DNA of 24,300 bases from IMG/VR virus record IMGVR_UViG_3300021139_000146, positions 1-24,300 of that record; one strand, given 5' to 3'. Under the pieces are notes generated by a model. The model saw nothing but the letters and a program-made list of their open reading frames with translations. It was not told the DNA's origin and made no database searches. Source of the DNA: a virus (lineage: Duplodnaviria; Caudoviricetes). Position 1 is the stretch's first letter. The number at the start of each line of letters is the position of its first letter. Below are positions 1 through 7,466 of this stretch, piece by piece. A program made the translations under genes and the position numbers.

Positions 1-365
1 CCTACTCGCACCAGCCGCAACGCATCGCCAACAAAGTTTACGCCTCACGCATGGGCAATCGTGACGAAGCGTCTGGGGACGGGTATCGGTTCCGTGGTCG
101 GGGTGCGATCCAGCTTACCGGGCATGATAGCTACTGGCACTGCGGTCAGGCCATCGGTACCGATTTGGTGGCCAACCCCGATCTGGTGTCCACACCTAAA
201 TATGCGGCGTTGAGTGCAGGCTGGTTTTGGTCAACTCACAACCTAAACGCTGCGGCGGCAGCAGAAGATTGGGTAAAAGTCACCAAAATCATCAACGGCG
301 GTACATTTGGGCTAGACGAACGGGTAGCATTGACAAAACATGCTATTGCCGTTCTAAGCGCTTAA
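1..365 (+). CDS. Glycoside hydrolase family 19 (chitinase-like) endolysin/lysozyme, 5'-truncated by the window edge
   Basis: The frame is open from position 3 (YSHQPQRIANKVYASRMGN...), so the ORF-track ATG at 51 is internal. GH19 motifs: IANKVYASRMGN, GDGYRFRGRGAIQLTG, SAGWFW, VTKIINGGTFGLDER. Confidence 0.9.
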   Translation, partial: YSHQPQRIANKVYASRMGNRDEASGDGYRFRGRGAIQLTGHDSYWHCGQAIGTDLVANPDLVSTPKYAALSAGWFWSTHNLNAAAAAEDWVKVTKIINGGTFGLDERVALTKHAIAVLSA

Positions 366-374
366 TGGGAAAAT
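365..374 (+). promoter_or_regulatory. Candidate extended -10-like late promoter motif ATGGGAAAAT
   Basis: Lies in the 15-nt gap before the ATG at 381, which has no SD. Shares ATGNNAAAAT with 2865-2874. Confidence 0.3.
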
Positions 375-380
375 GACGCC

Positions 381-2573
381 ATGCCATTACAAAATCTTGA
401 GTTTAAAGCTGGATTAAACCGCGAAGGTACTGACTATTCAAACAAGGGTGGTTGGTACAGCGGCGACAAAATTCGTTTTCGATCTGGTCAACCTGAAAAA
501 ATCGGTGGCTGGACTCAAGTTTCGACCAGCCAATTCATTGGTTACGCTCGTTCTATTTGGAACTGGGAAGCATTGTCTGGCGCTTTGTATTTAGGGCTTG
601 GAACAGAATCTAAGTACTATATTTTTTACGGTGGCACGTACAACGACATTACGCCAATCTACTACCCAGCAGCAGGCAGCACAGATACGTTATCTAACCC
701 TTTTGCAACCGTTAATGGAAGTAATGTGGTGACCGTAACTGATGCAACTTACATCCCAAACATTGGTGATTACGTTATTTTCAGTGGGGCAACGCCCTTC
801 AATGGCGTCACTATTAGCGGTGAATATCGAGTTAATGCAGTTCCAAGTATTACAACGTACACAATTACGTCAGCTACTACAGCTACCGGAACAGGCACTG
901 GTGGTGGATCTTCTGTTACCGCACAGTATGAATATCCATCTGGTAATAACACCACGGTAATTGGTACTGGTTGGGGAACTGGTCCATGGGGCGGCAGCGT
1001 GGGTAACTACGTTACGCTGACCAATCCATTTGCAACAACATCCAGCAGCTCTACCATCACGGTTACGCAAACAGCCCATGGATATACAAACGGCCAATAT
1101 GTATCTTTCACTGGTGCATCTGCTGTTGGAGGAATTTTGGCAAACCAGATTAACAATACGTTTGTTATCTCTGGAGTCACAACTAACACTTACAACATTA
1201 CGCTGCCAACTGGGTTGACAGCCACATCAACCACAACTGGTGGCGGCACAGTTACCGTGCATCCACCTTATGGATCACGTGCTTGGGGAACGGCTTACAG
1301 CACAGGTATTGCTTACCAGCTTCGTCTGTGGTCTAACGACAACTATGGCCAAGACTTGTTAATTGCTCCTCGTGGAGGCTCAATCTATTATTGGCAAGCA
1401 TCAACTGGCGTAAATACACGAGCACAATCTTTGCAGTATTTGTCAACAACTGCAGGATATTCTGGGACATATGTTCCAAACTCAACTTACCAAGTAATTT
1501 CTTCTGCAATCCAAGAGTTTGTGATTGCTTTTGGTGCTAATTCTTACGTTTCTGGGACTCCAAATACACCATTCAACCCTATGTTGGTTCGCTGGTCTGA
1601 CCAAGCTAACCAATATCAGTGGGTGCCTGCGGTTACCAATCAATCAGGCGAGTTCCCGTTGTCCAATGGTTCGTACATTGTGGGTGCTCGTGCAACCCGT
1701 CAAGAGATTTTGATTTGGACAGATTCGGCGCTGTACACCATGCAGTACATCGGTGCTCCCTACGTTTGGAGCTTCAACATCTTGATGGACAACATCTCGG
1801 TGATTGGACCCAATGCGATGATCACGGTTAACAACGTGACATATTGGATGGGGCTGGGCAAGTTCTATATGTACACCGGTACTGTTCAGACTTTGCCATG
1901 TACCTTGCGTCAATACATCTTTGATGACATCAACTTAGGACAGTCTTATCAAGTGTTTGCTGGAGCCAATGAAGGCTTTAACGAAGTCTGGTGGTTCTAC
2001 GTTAGTAACGAAAGCAGCAACAATTCGGTTGACAAATACGTGATCTACAACTACGCAGATCAGGTCTGGACGTATGGAACCATGGCTCGGACTGCATGGA
2101 TTGACACGGCTATTAGGGGTTACCCTATTGCTGCAGATTACAACAGCCGACTTCTGTACCATGAAAACGGCGTGGATGACGTGGCTACATCCAGCCCACA
2201 GCCGATTGTTTCTTATGTTCAATCGTCTGACTTTGACATTGCACAGGGACAGAACTTTGGTTTTGTCTGGCGCATGTTGCCTGACATCAACTTCAACGGC
2301 TCTACGGTGGCCAACCCATCGGTGACCGTGCAATTGATTCCACGTCAAAACTCTGGCGCTGCGCCTGGCAATGCTGCATCACCTGCCGTGCAAAGTTCTC
2401 AGGTTTATTCGGTTCCAAGCCCTCAAGAGTACAACATTCAGCAATTTACAGGCGAGGTTTACACCCGTTTGCGTGGTCGTCAGATCTCGTACAAGATCCA
2501 ATCTACCGGCCTTGGCGTTGCATGGCAGTCTGGCTTGAGCAGGCTTGACATCAAACCAGATGGGAGACGTTGA
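381..2573 (+). CDS. Podovirus tail hub / phage stabilisation protein (P22 gp10 / tail tubular B-like) with two inserted beta-rich repeats
   Basis: 730 aa, Trp/Tyr/Thr-rich beta protein. N-terminal GLNREGTDY...W...DKIRFRSGQPEKIGGW, central VRWSDQ, EVWWFY and YVIYNY, and C-terminal TRLRGRQ...RLDIKPDGRR, as in this class of tail proteins. Located upstream of the ejection-protein genes. Confidence 0.7.
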   Translation: MPLQNLEFKAGLNREGTDYSNKGGWYSGDKIRFRSGQPEKIGGWTQVSTSQFIGYARSIWNWEALSGALYLGLGTESKYYIFYGGTYNDITPIYYPAAGSTDTLSNPFATVNGSNVVTVTDATYIPNIGDYVIFSGATPFNGVTISGEYRVNAVPSITTYTITSATTATGTGTGGGSSVTAQYEYPSGNNTTVIGTGWGTGPWGGSVGNYVTLTNPFATTSSSSTITVTQTAHGYTNGQYVSFTGASAVGGILANQINNTFVISGVTTNTYNITLPTGLTATSTTTGGGTVTVHPPYGSRAWGTAYSTGIAYQLRLWSNDNYGQDLLIAPRGGSIYYWQASTGVNTRAQSLQYLSTTAGYSGTYVPNSTYQVISSAIQEFVIAFGANSYVSGTPNTPFNPMLVRWSDQANQYQWVPAVTNQSGEFPLSNGSYIVGARATRQEILIWTDSALYTMQYIGAPYVWSFNILMDNISVIGPNAMITVNNVTYWMGLGKFYMYTGTVQTLPCTLRQYIFDDINLGQSYQVFAGANEGFNEVWWFYVSNESSNNSVDKYVIYNYADQVWTYGTMARTAWIDTAIRGYPIAADYNSRLLYHENGVDDVATSSPQPIVSYVQSSDFDIAQGQNFGFVWRMLPDINFNGSTVANPSVTVQLIPRQNSGAAPGNAASPAVQSSQVYSVPSPQEYNIQQFTGEVYTRLRGRQISYKIQSTGLGVAWQSGLSRLDIKPDGRR
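687..1259 (+). repeat. Two diverged ~80-aa in-frame repeats (687-929 and 1014-1259) in the tail protein
   Basis: TLSNPFATVNGSNVVTVT..GDYVIFSGA..TYTIT..TGGGSSVT versus TLTNPFATTSSSSTITVT..GQYVSFTGA..TYNIT..TGGGTVTV. Confidence 0.85.
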
Positions 2574-2863
2574 TGACTGCAGCTTACAACGGTAACCTGA
2601 TAGCGACCAAAGCACCCAACTTACCGATTGCTCCAACAGACTATTCGTTTGATTATCAAAACCAGATTTCAAACGCTTTTCGTTTGTATTTCACCCAAAT
2701 TGACAACTTTACTCAGGCAACTGTAATTCCTTCGTCAGGAACAACTGCAAACAGACCTAACGCAAAGTTGTTGGTTGGCCGTCAATACTTTGACACAACG
2801 CTGGGAATTCCAATCTGGTGGAACGGTGTGCACTGGGTAAACGCTAGTGGAACAACGGTGTAG
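2573..2863 (+). CDS. Small tail protein (tail-needle/fibre position), 96 aa
   Basis: The ATG at 2573 overlaps the upstream TGA (TGATG) and has a GGAGA SD. N-terminal PNLPIAP..Y...ISNAFRLYF; C-terminal GTTANRP..GRQYFDTTLGIPIWWNG..WVNASG, a module typical of phage tail-fibre/spike termini. Confidence 0.65.
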   Translation: MTAAYNGNLIATKAPNLPIAPTDYSFDYQNQISNAFRLYFTQIDNFTQATVIPSSGTTANRPNAKLLVGRQYFDTTLGIPIWWNGVHWVNASGTTV

Positions 2864-2864
2864 T

Positions 2865-2874
2865 ATGTTAAAAT
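2865..2874 (+). promoter_or_regulatory. Extended -10 element TGtTAAAAT upstream of the internal-virion gene block
   Basis: TG at 2866-2867 and TAAAAT at 2869-2874 in an AT-rich intergenic gap. No recognisable -35. AGGTG SD before the ATG at 2903. Confidence 0.45.
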
Positions 2875-2902
2875 TTTTTTCAAATAACTCGATAGGTGTA
2901 CC

Positions 2903-4768
2903 ATGAGTCTACCTTTGATTGCAAAGCACTTAGAGAAGCACGGACGTGGTGAAGACACCCATCTGGTTCATATGACCACTGGTGAGCTTCAGGCCATGCA
3001 GAATTTGGCGCAAAAGCACGGTGGATCACTCACCATCAACCCCCATACTGGATTACCTGAAGCAGGATTTTTGAGTTCTGTTTTGCCCATGGCTCTTGGA
3101 GCTGCTGCTTCTGTGGTTCTTGGTCCTGAGATGATGCCTCTTGTGGCTGGCGGTATCGGTCTGGCTGACTATGCCATGACGGGTAGCTTGACCCAAGGTT
3201 TGATGGCTGGTCTTGGCGCTTGGGGCGGTGGAGAACTGGCAGGTAGTTTGGCTGATGCAGGATTGAATACAACTGTTCAATCAGGTGGCGATGAAGCTGC
3301 TAAACAATTTGCACAAAATCAAGCGGCTGCTCAAACAGGACCAAACGCATTAACAAATTATTCAATGGATACTGCTGGCAATCCAACAGTTATCCCAAAT
3401 ACAAACACCCCAACTAACATTGCTGGCAATCAGATTGGCAGCATGAATAATCTTACTTCTGATCAAATCAGAGGTTTCCAAGATCAACTTGCAGTACCCG
3501 GATCTAATCCTGCTGACGTGGTTCGTTCTGCAGGAGCTGCTAACGCTGCATTCAATGCTGAAGCCAACCCAATGACAACAATGGGTCAAGGTATTTCGAA
3601 TGCTCAAGGAACTGGAGCTGTTGATTCGTTGAAAAACTTTGGCCAGTTTGCTAAAAACAACATGGCAGGTATGGCTGCTTTGGCCAATGCCGGATTGTCT
3701 GGTCTGGGTGCTTACAACCAACCATCTGTTCCCGGCGTTCAAACGGCATCCAACCCATTTGGCTTGAAGACAATTCCCAAGGATGCCAATGGCAATCCTA
3801 TCTTCAATCCCATGTTGCCTGCTCAGCCTAGCCCACACTATCAGGCTCAGTATCCCAACTACCAACAGAATCCTTACCAAGGCGTAGTGTCAGCTGCTGA
3901 TGGTGGCCAAATGCAATCTGGTGCTATCAACGGCGACTCTAATGGCATGTTGGCTTACACGCCTTCACTGATGCAAAACCAAAATACGCCTCAGTCTACG
4001 ATGTTGAGTAACACTTACAACATCCCCAGCCAGATGCCTGTTGGGAATATGCAGACGGCTAACTCCATGACTCCCATGGATAACCGTTACACAGGTTTGC
4101 CCATGAAGATGAATCTGGGCGGCGTAACAAGGATGGCCAGCGGATCTGATCCATATGGCCAAGAGTTGAGTGCTGCTCAAGAGATGATGGCAGGTTTACA
4201 GGCAGCGACAAAACGTCCTGTTTTAGAACAAGGCCAAGCTCCAGATGTTGGCGTTTATCAACTCAACAACACTGACTATGCTCAAACATCTCCTATTGCT
4301 TTGATCAAGAAAAGCAAGATTGGCGTAGCCAAAGGTCTGCAACCTACAGCAAATCTGGGTGATTACGAGATCAAACCAGCTGCCCAAGCGCAAGCTGAAG
4401 CGATGGCGCAACAAGACATTGCTCAGAATTCACAGATGCCTACGACTGCCAAAGAAGGCGGTTTAATGGCTCACAAACATATTGTGGATGGACATCTGGG
4501 AGCTTACTCGGACGGTGGCCATTTGCTCAAAGGACCCGGAGATGGTGTAAGCGATGGAATTCCTGCCACAATTGGCGGCAAGCAACCTGCTCGTCTGGCT
4601 GACGGGGAGTTTGTGATCCCAGCTCGTATTGTTTCTGAACTCGGTAATGGAAGCACAGATGCAGGCGCAAAACGTCTGTACGCCATGATGGATCGCATCA
4701 AGGCTGCTCGTGCCAAATCAAAGGACATTGCGGCTGACACCAAAGCCTACAAATACCTACCAGCATGA
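2903..4768 (+). CDS. Internal virion / DNA-ejection protein, 621 aa
   Basis: N-terminal HGRGEDTHLVHMT..INPHTGLPEAGF followed by Gly/Ala hydrophobic helices. Low-complexity Q/N/M/G middle with repeated xxxGG motifs. C-terminal GPGDGVSDGIPA..LADGEFVIPA..LGNGSTDAGAKRLYAMMDRI. Confidence 0.65.
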   Translation: MSLPLIAKHLEKHGRGEDTHLVHMTTGELQAMQNLAQKHGGSLTINPHTGLPEAGFLSSVLPMALGAAASVVLGPEMMPLVAGGIGLADYAMTGSLTQGLMAGLGAWGGGELAGSLADAGLNTTVQSGGDEAAKQFAQNQAAAQTGPNALTNYSMDTAGNPTVIPNTNTPTNIAGNQIGSMNNLTSDQIRGFQDQLAVPGSNPADVVRSAGAANAAFNAEANPMTTMGQGISNAQGTGAVDSLKNFGQFAKNNMAGMAALANAGLSGLGAYNQPSVPGVQTASNPFGLKTIPKDANGNPIFNPMLPAQPSPHYQAQYPNYQQNPYQGVVSAADGGQMQSGAINGDSNGMLAYTPSLMQNQNTPQSTMLSNTYNIPSQMPVGNMQTANSMTPMDNRYTGLPMKMNLGGVTRMASGSDPYGQELSAAQEMMAGLQAATKRPVLEQGQAPDVGVYQLNNTDYAQTSPIALIKKSKIGVAKGLQPTANLGDYEIKPAAQAQAEAMAQQDIAQNSQMPTTAKEGGLMAHKHIVDGHLGAYSDGGHLLKGPGDGVSDGIPATIGGKQPARLADGEFVIPARIVSELGNGSTDAGAKRLYAMMDRIKAARAKSKDIAADTKAYKYLPA

Positions 4769-5211
4769 TCATTTACGAAGACGTCGATGGTTTTAAATTT
4801 CTGAAAGAGTTCGAACAGCTCTTTCCGGAACACTACGAAGAGCTTTGTGTCACAAAAGATTACCCTTATGAGCCGGACTACGATGCTTATAAGAACTTGG
4901 CAAATTCAGGGATGCTGCGCTGCATCACTTGTAGAAGCGACGAGAAGTTGATTGGATACATCATCTTTGTCATTGCTCCGCATATGCACTACAAGTCATG
5001 TAAGACAGCGTTTGAAGACATTTACTTTGTGACCAAAGAGTATCGCAAAGGCCGTGTCGGAATCAAACTTTTTCAATACGCAGAACAGGTATTGAAAGAT
5101 CGCGGTGTTAATCGCATCGTGATGCACACGAAGATACATCTGGACAACAGCCGGTTGTTTGAGTATCTTGGTTACAAATGGACAGACAAAGTATTCACAA
5201 AGATGTTGTAA
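4765..5211 (+). CDS. GNAT-family acetyltransferase (positional analogue of P22 gp14 / T7 gp13)
   Basis: 148 aa with LIGY..F, DIYFVTKEYRKGRVGIKLFQYAE (acetyl-CoA-binding motif A) and RLFEYLGY (motif B). ATGA overlap with the upstream gene. Confidence 0.85.
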   Translation: MIIYEDVDGFKFLKEFEQLFPEHYEELCVTKDYPYEPDYDAYKNLANSGMLRCITCRSDEKLIGYIIFVIAPHMHYKSCKTAFEDIYFVTKEYRKGRVGIKLFQYAEQVLKDRGVNRIVMHTKIHLDNSRLFEYLGYKWTDKVFTKML

Positions 5212-5219
5212 GGACAGAT

Positions 5220-7466
5220 ATGTATTCAAAACGCCAACTCTACGCCTTGGGAGAACCTTTTGGGGATAGCGCCACCATGCGTAAAGTAGGCGGTGGTCGT
5301 ATCTATGGGGGCGGTGGCAATCAGCAACAACAGCCTACCCAGACAACAGTCCAGAACACCAATATTCCTGACTATGCACAGCCATACGTCAGCAATATGC
5401 TGAATGCTGCACAGGCACAGATCTTTAACCCATCCATGACGGGGTTTAATGCTTACACGCCTTACAGCAACAACCCACAAGACTACGTAGCAGGCTTTAG
5501 CCCACTGCAACAACAAGCACAATCTTCTGCGGCCAATTTACAAACGCCGGGACAATTTGGCGCGGCTACAGGTTTGACAGGCATGGGTGCTATGCAGATG
5601 GGTCGTTTGGGCAACCAAATGGGTCAAGCTGGCAATATGTATGCACAAGAAGCTACGAATCCGTATGCCATGCAAGCGTACATGAATCCGTACATTAGCC
5701 AATCTTTGCAGCCACAACTGCAAGAAATCCAACGTCAAGCCGATATCAACCAAGCGGGTGAACAAGGTCGTGCAACGGCTGCTGGAGCGTTTGGTGGGTC
5801 ACGTGAAGCGTTGATGGCTAACGAAGCTCAGCGTACAGGAGCTATGAACCAGCAAACGGCGATTGCTCAAGGCTACAACCAAGCATTCCAAAACGCACAA
5901 CAAGCACAGCAGTTTGGTGCTAATTTGGGTTTGCAAGGACAGCAGGCTCAGTTGGGTGCTTTGCAAGGTCAGATGGCCGGCGCAAATCAGTTGGCCAATA
6001 TTGGCAACCAGCAATTGGGTGCTCAGCAAAGTATTTTGGGAACTCAAAACCAGTTGGGTGCTCAACAACAAAACCAACAGCAAAACGTTATCAACCAAGC
6101 CGTTCAAAACTATGCAACGGCTCAGCAGTATCCATTCATGCAATTGGGTCTGCTCAACTCGATGTTGCGTGGCCTGCCCATGCAGCAATCGTCTACGTCC
6201 ATGTATCAGGCTGCTCCTAGCACTGTGTCCCAGCTCGGTGGCTTGGGTATCGCTGGCTTGGGTGCAGCGTCTATGTACAACACCGCAACAGGCGGTAATA
6301 AAGCTAGTGGCGGTCAGGTCACATCTATGTCCGTTGGCGGTGCTGTGCCAATGAACATGATGAGTGATCAGCAGCTCCAGCAAGTCCAGCAAAACCCAGC
6401 TTCTAGCCCAATTGCTAAACTGGATGCTGCAGGACTGTCTCAGCTGCACGGCTATATCCATAATAATCCACAGGCTGGTCAAGCCATGGCTGCCCCCCAA
6501 CAGATGGCACCTCGATCTGGCGTGGCTGCGATTGGTACTGGCGAGATGACCAACATGGCTGGTGGCGGCATCATTGCGTTTGCTGAAGCTGGTGAGGTTA
6601 AAGAAAAACCAGCAAAACTTGATTTGGAATCTATCCTTGCAGACCGTTTTGCTGAAGAGAAAAAAGGCGAAGGCACGGTTACAAATCTTTACAAACCCAT
6701 GCGTGAAGCGCAGGAAAAACAGATTGAACAAAACAGGGCAATGATCTTGCCTGAGATGGCGACTCGTTTTGGTTTGGGATTGATGACTTCACCCGGCGGC
6801 ACAGGTGGTAATTTGCTGCAACGCACATTGGCTGATGTTGGTAAGTCTGGTTTGGGTGCTGTGCAAGGCATGACTCAGGCTCAAAAAGAAATCCAAGCAG
6901 AACAAAAAGGATTACAAGCAGGCACGATTGAAGCTGCCAAAGCAGATCAAGCACGTCGTGATGCTTTGACCGGCAACTTGATCACCGCTGTTGGACAAGA
7001 ACAAGCCAAGAAAATTGGTTTGGCTCAAGTGGCATCCAATAAAGAAATGCAATTGGCTTTACAACAGCAGGCTTTGGCTTCAAGGGCGGCAGAAAACTTC
7101 CGCAATTTGGTGGCCAAAGAGAAGTACAACTTGTTGACGGATGCCAATAAGCAGTTCGAATTCGCTGGTCCAGAAGGTCAATTGAAAGCTGAACAACAAG
7201 CTCAGCAGAACGTCTGGCGCAATACTTCCAAAGCAGAACGAGATCTGTTGGGTGGCATTGCACCGTTTACCCTTGATACACCTCCACCACCTGCGCCTGC
7301 ACCCGGAGCTGCTCCTGCTGCATCAGCGACAACAACTAGTTCCGGTCAAGGATCTCCCTTAGTACAAAACCCAAAAAATTCTATAGCAAATTATTTTGCG
7401 GGACCAAATAATTCAACAGGTCCTAATGTAATATCGTTCAATTCATTGCCAACAGGGGCTAGATAA
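5220..7466 (+). CDS. Internal virion / DNA-transfer protein (P22 gp7/gp20-like role), 748 aa
   Basis: Start moved to the ATG at 5220 (TAAGGA SD at 5209-5214). Leader then GGGG, TQTTVQNTNIPDYAQPY, AYMNPY, AGAFGGSR, long Gln-rich helices, a hydrophobic SQLGGLGIAGLGA segment and a MAGGGIIAFAEAG motif. Confidence 0.65.
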   Translation: MYSKRQLYALGEPFGDSATMRKVGGGRIYGGGGNQQQQPTQTTVQNTNIPDYAQPYVSNMLNAAQAQIFNPSMTGFNAYTPYSNNPQDYVAGFSPLQQQAQSSAANLQTPGQFGAATGLTGMGAMQMGRLGNQMGQAGNMYAQEATNPYAMQAYMNPYISQSLQPQLQEIQRQADINQAGEQGRATAAGAFGGSREALMANEAQRTGAMNQQTAIAQGYNQAFQNAQQAQQFGANLGLQGQQAQLGALQGQMAGANQLANIGNQQLGAQQSILGTQNQLGAQQQNQQQNVINQAVQNYATAQQYPFMQLGLLNSMLRGLPMQQSSTSMYQAAPSTVSQLGGLGIAGLGAASMYNTATGGNKASGGQVTSMSVGGAVPMNMMSDQQLQQVQQNPASSPIAKLDAAGLSQLHGYIHNNPQAGQAMAAPQQMAPRSGVAAIGTGEMTNMAGGGIIAFAEAGEVKEKPAKLDLESILADRFAEEKKGEGTVTNLYKPMREAQEKQIEQNRAMILPEMATRFGLGLMTSPGGTGGNLLQRTLADVGKSGLGAVQGMTQAQKEIQAEQKGLQAGTIEAAKADQARRDALTGNLITAVGQEQAKKIGLAQVASNKEMQLALQQQALASRAAENFRNLVAKEKYNLLTDANKQFEFAGPEGQLKAEQQAQQNVWRNTSKAERDLLGGIAPFTLDTPPPPAPAPGAAPAASATTTSSGQGSPLVQNPKNSIANYFAGPNNSTGPNVISFNSLPTGAR

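Noticed and set aside
5178-5219. ORF-track starts at 5178 (also 2570, 19035, 19046, 22935, 24070)
   Set aside because: Downstream ATGs with better SD, stop-start coupling or family N-terminus (5220, 2573, 19071, 18989, 22974, 24088) are more plausible.
5900-6160. Recurring (C)A(G/A)TTGGGT(GCT) units
   Set aside because: They encode QLG(A) peptide repeats in frame; irregular spacing and degenerate third positions rule out a CRISPR array or DGR repeat.
5799-6731. 310-aa minus-strand ORF
   Set aside because: Antisense shadow of the Gln-rich gene (CAA/CAG read as Leu); no SD and no protein-like motifs.
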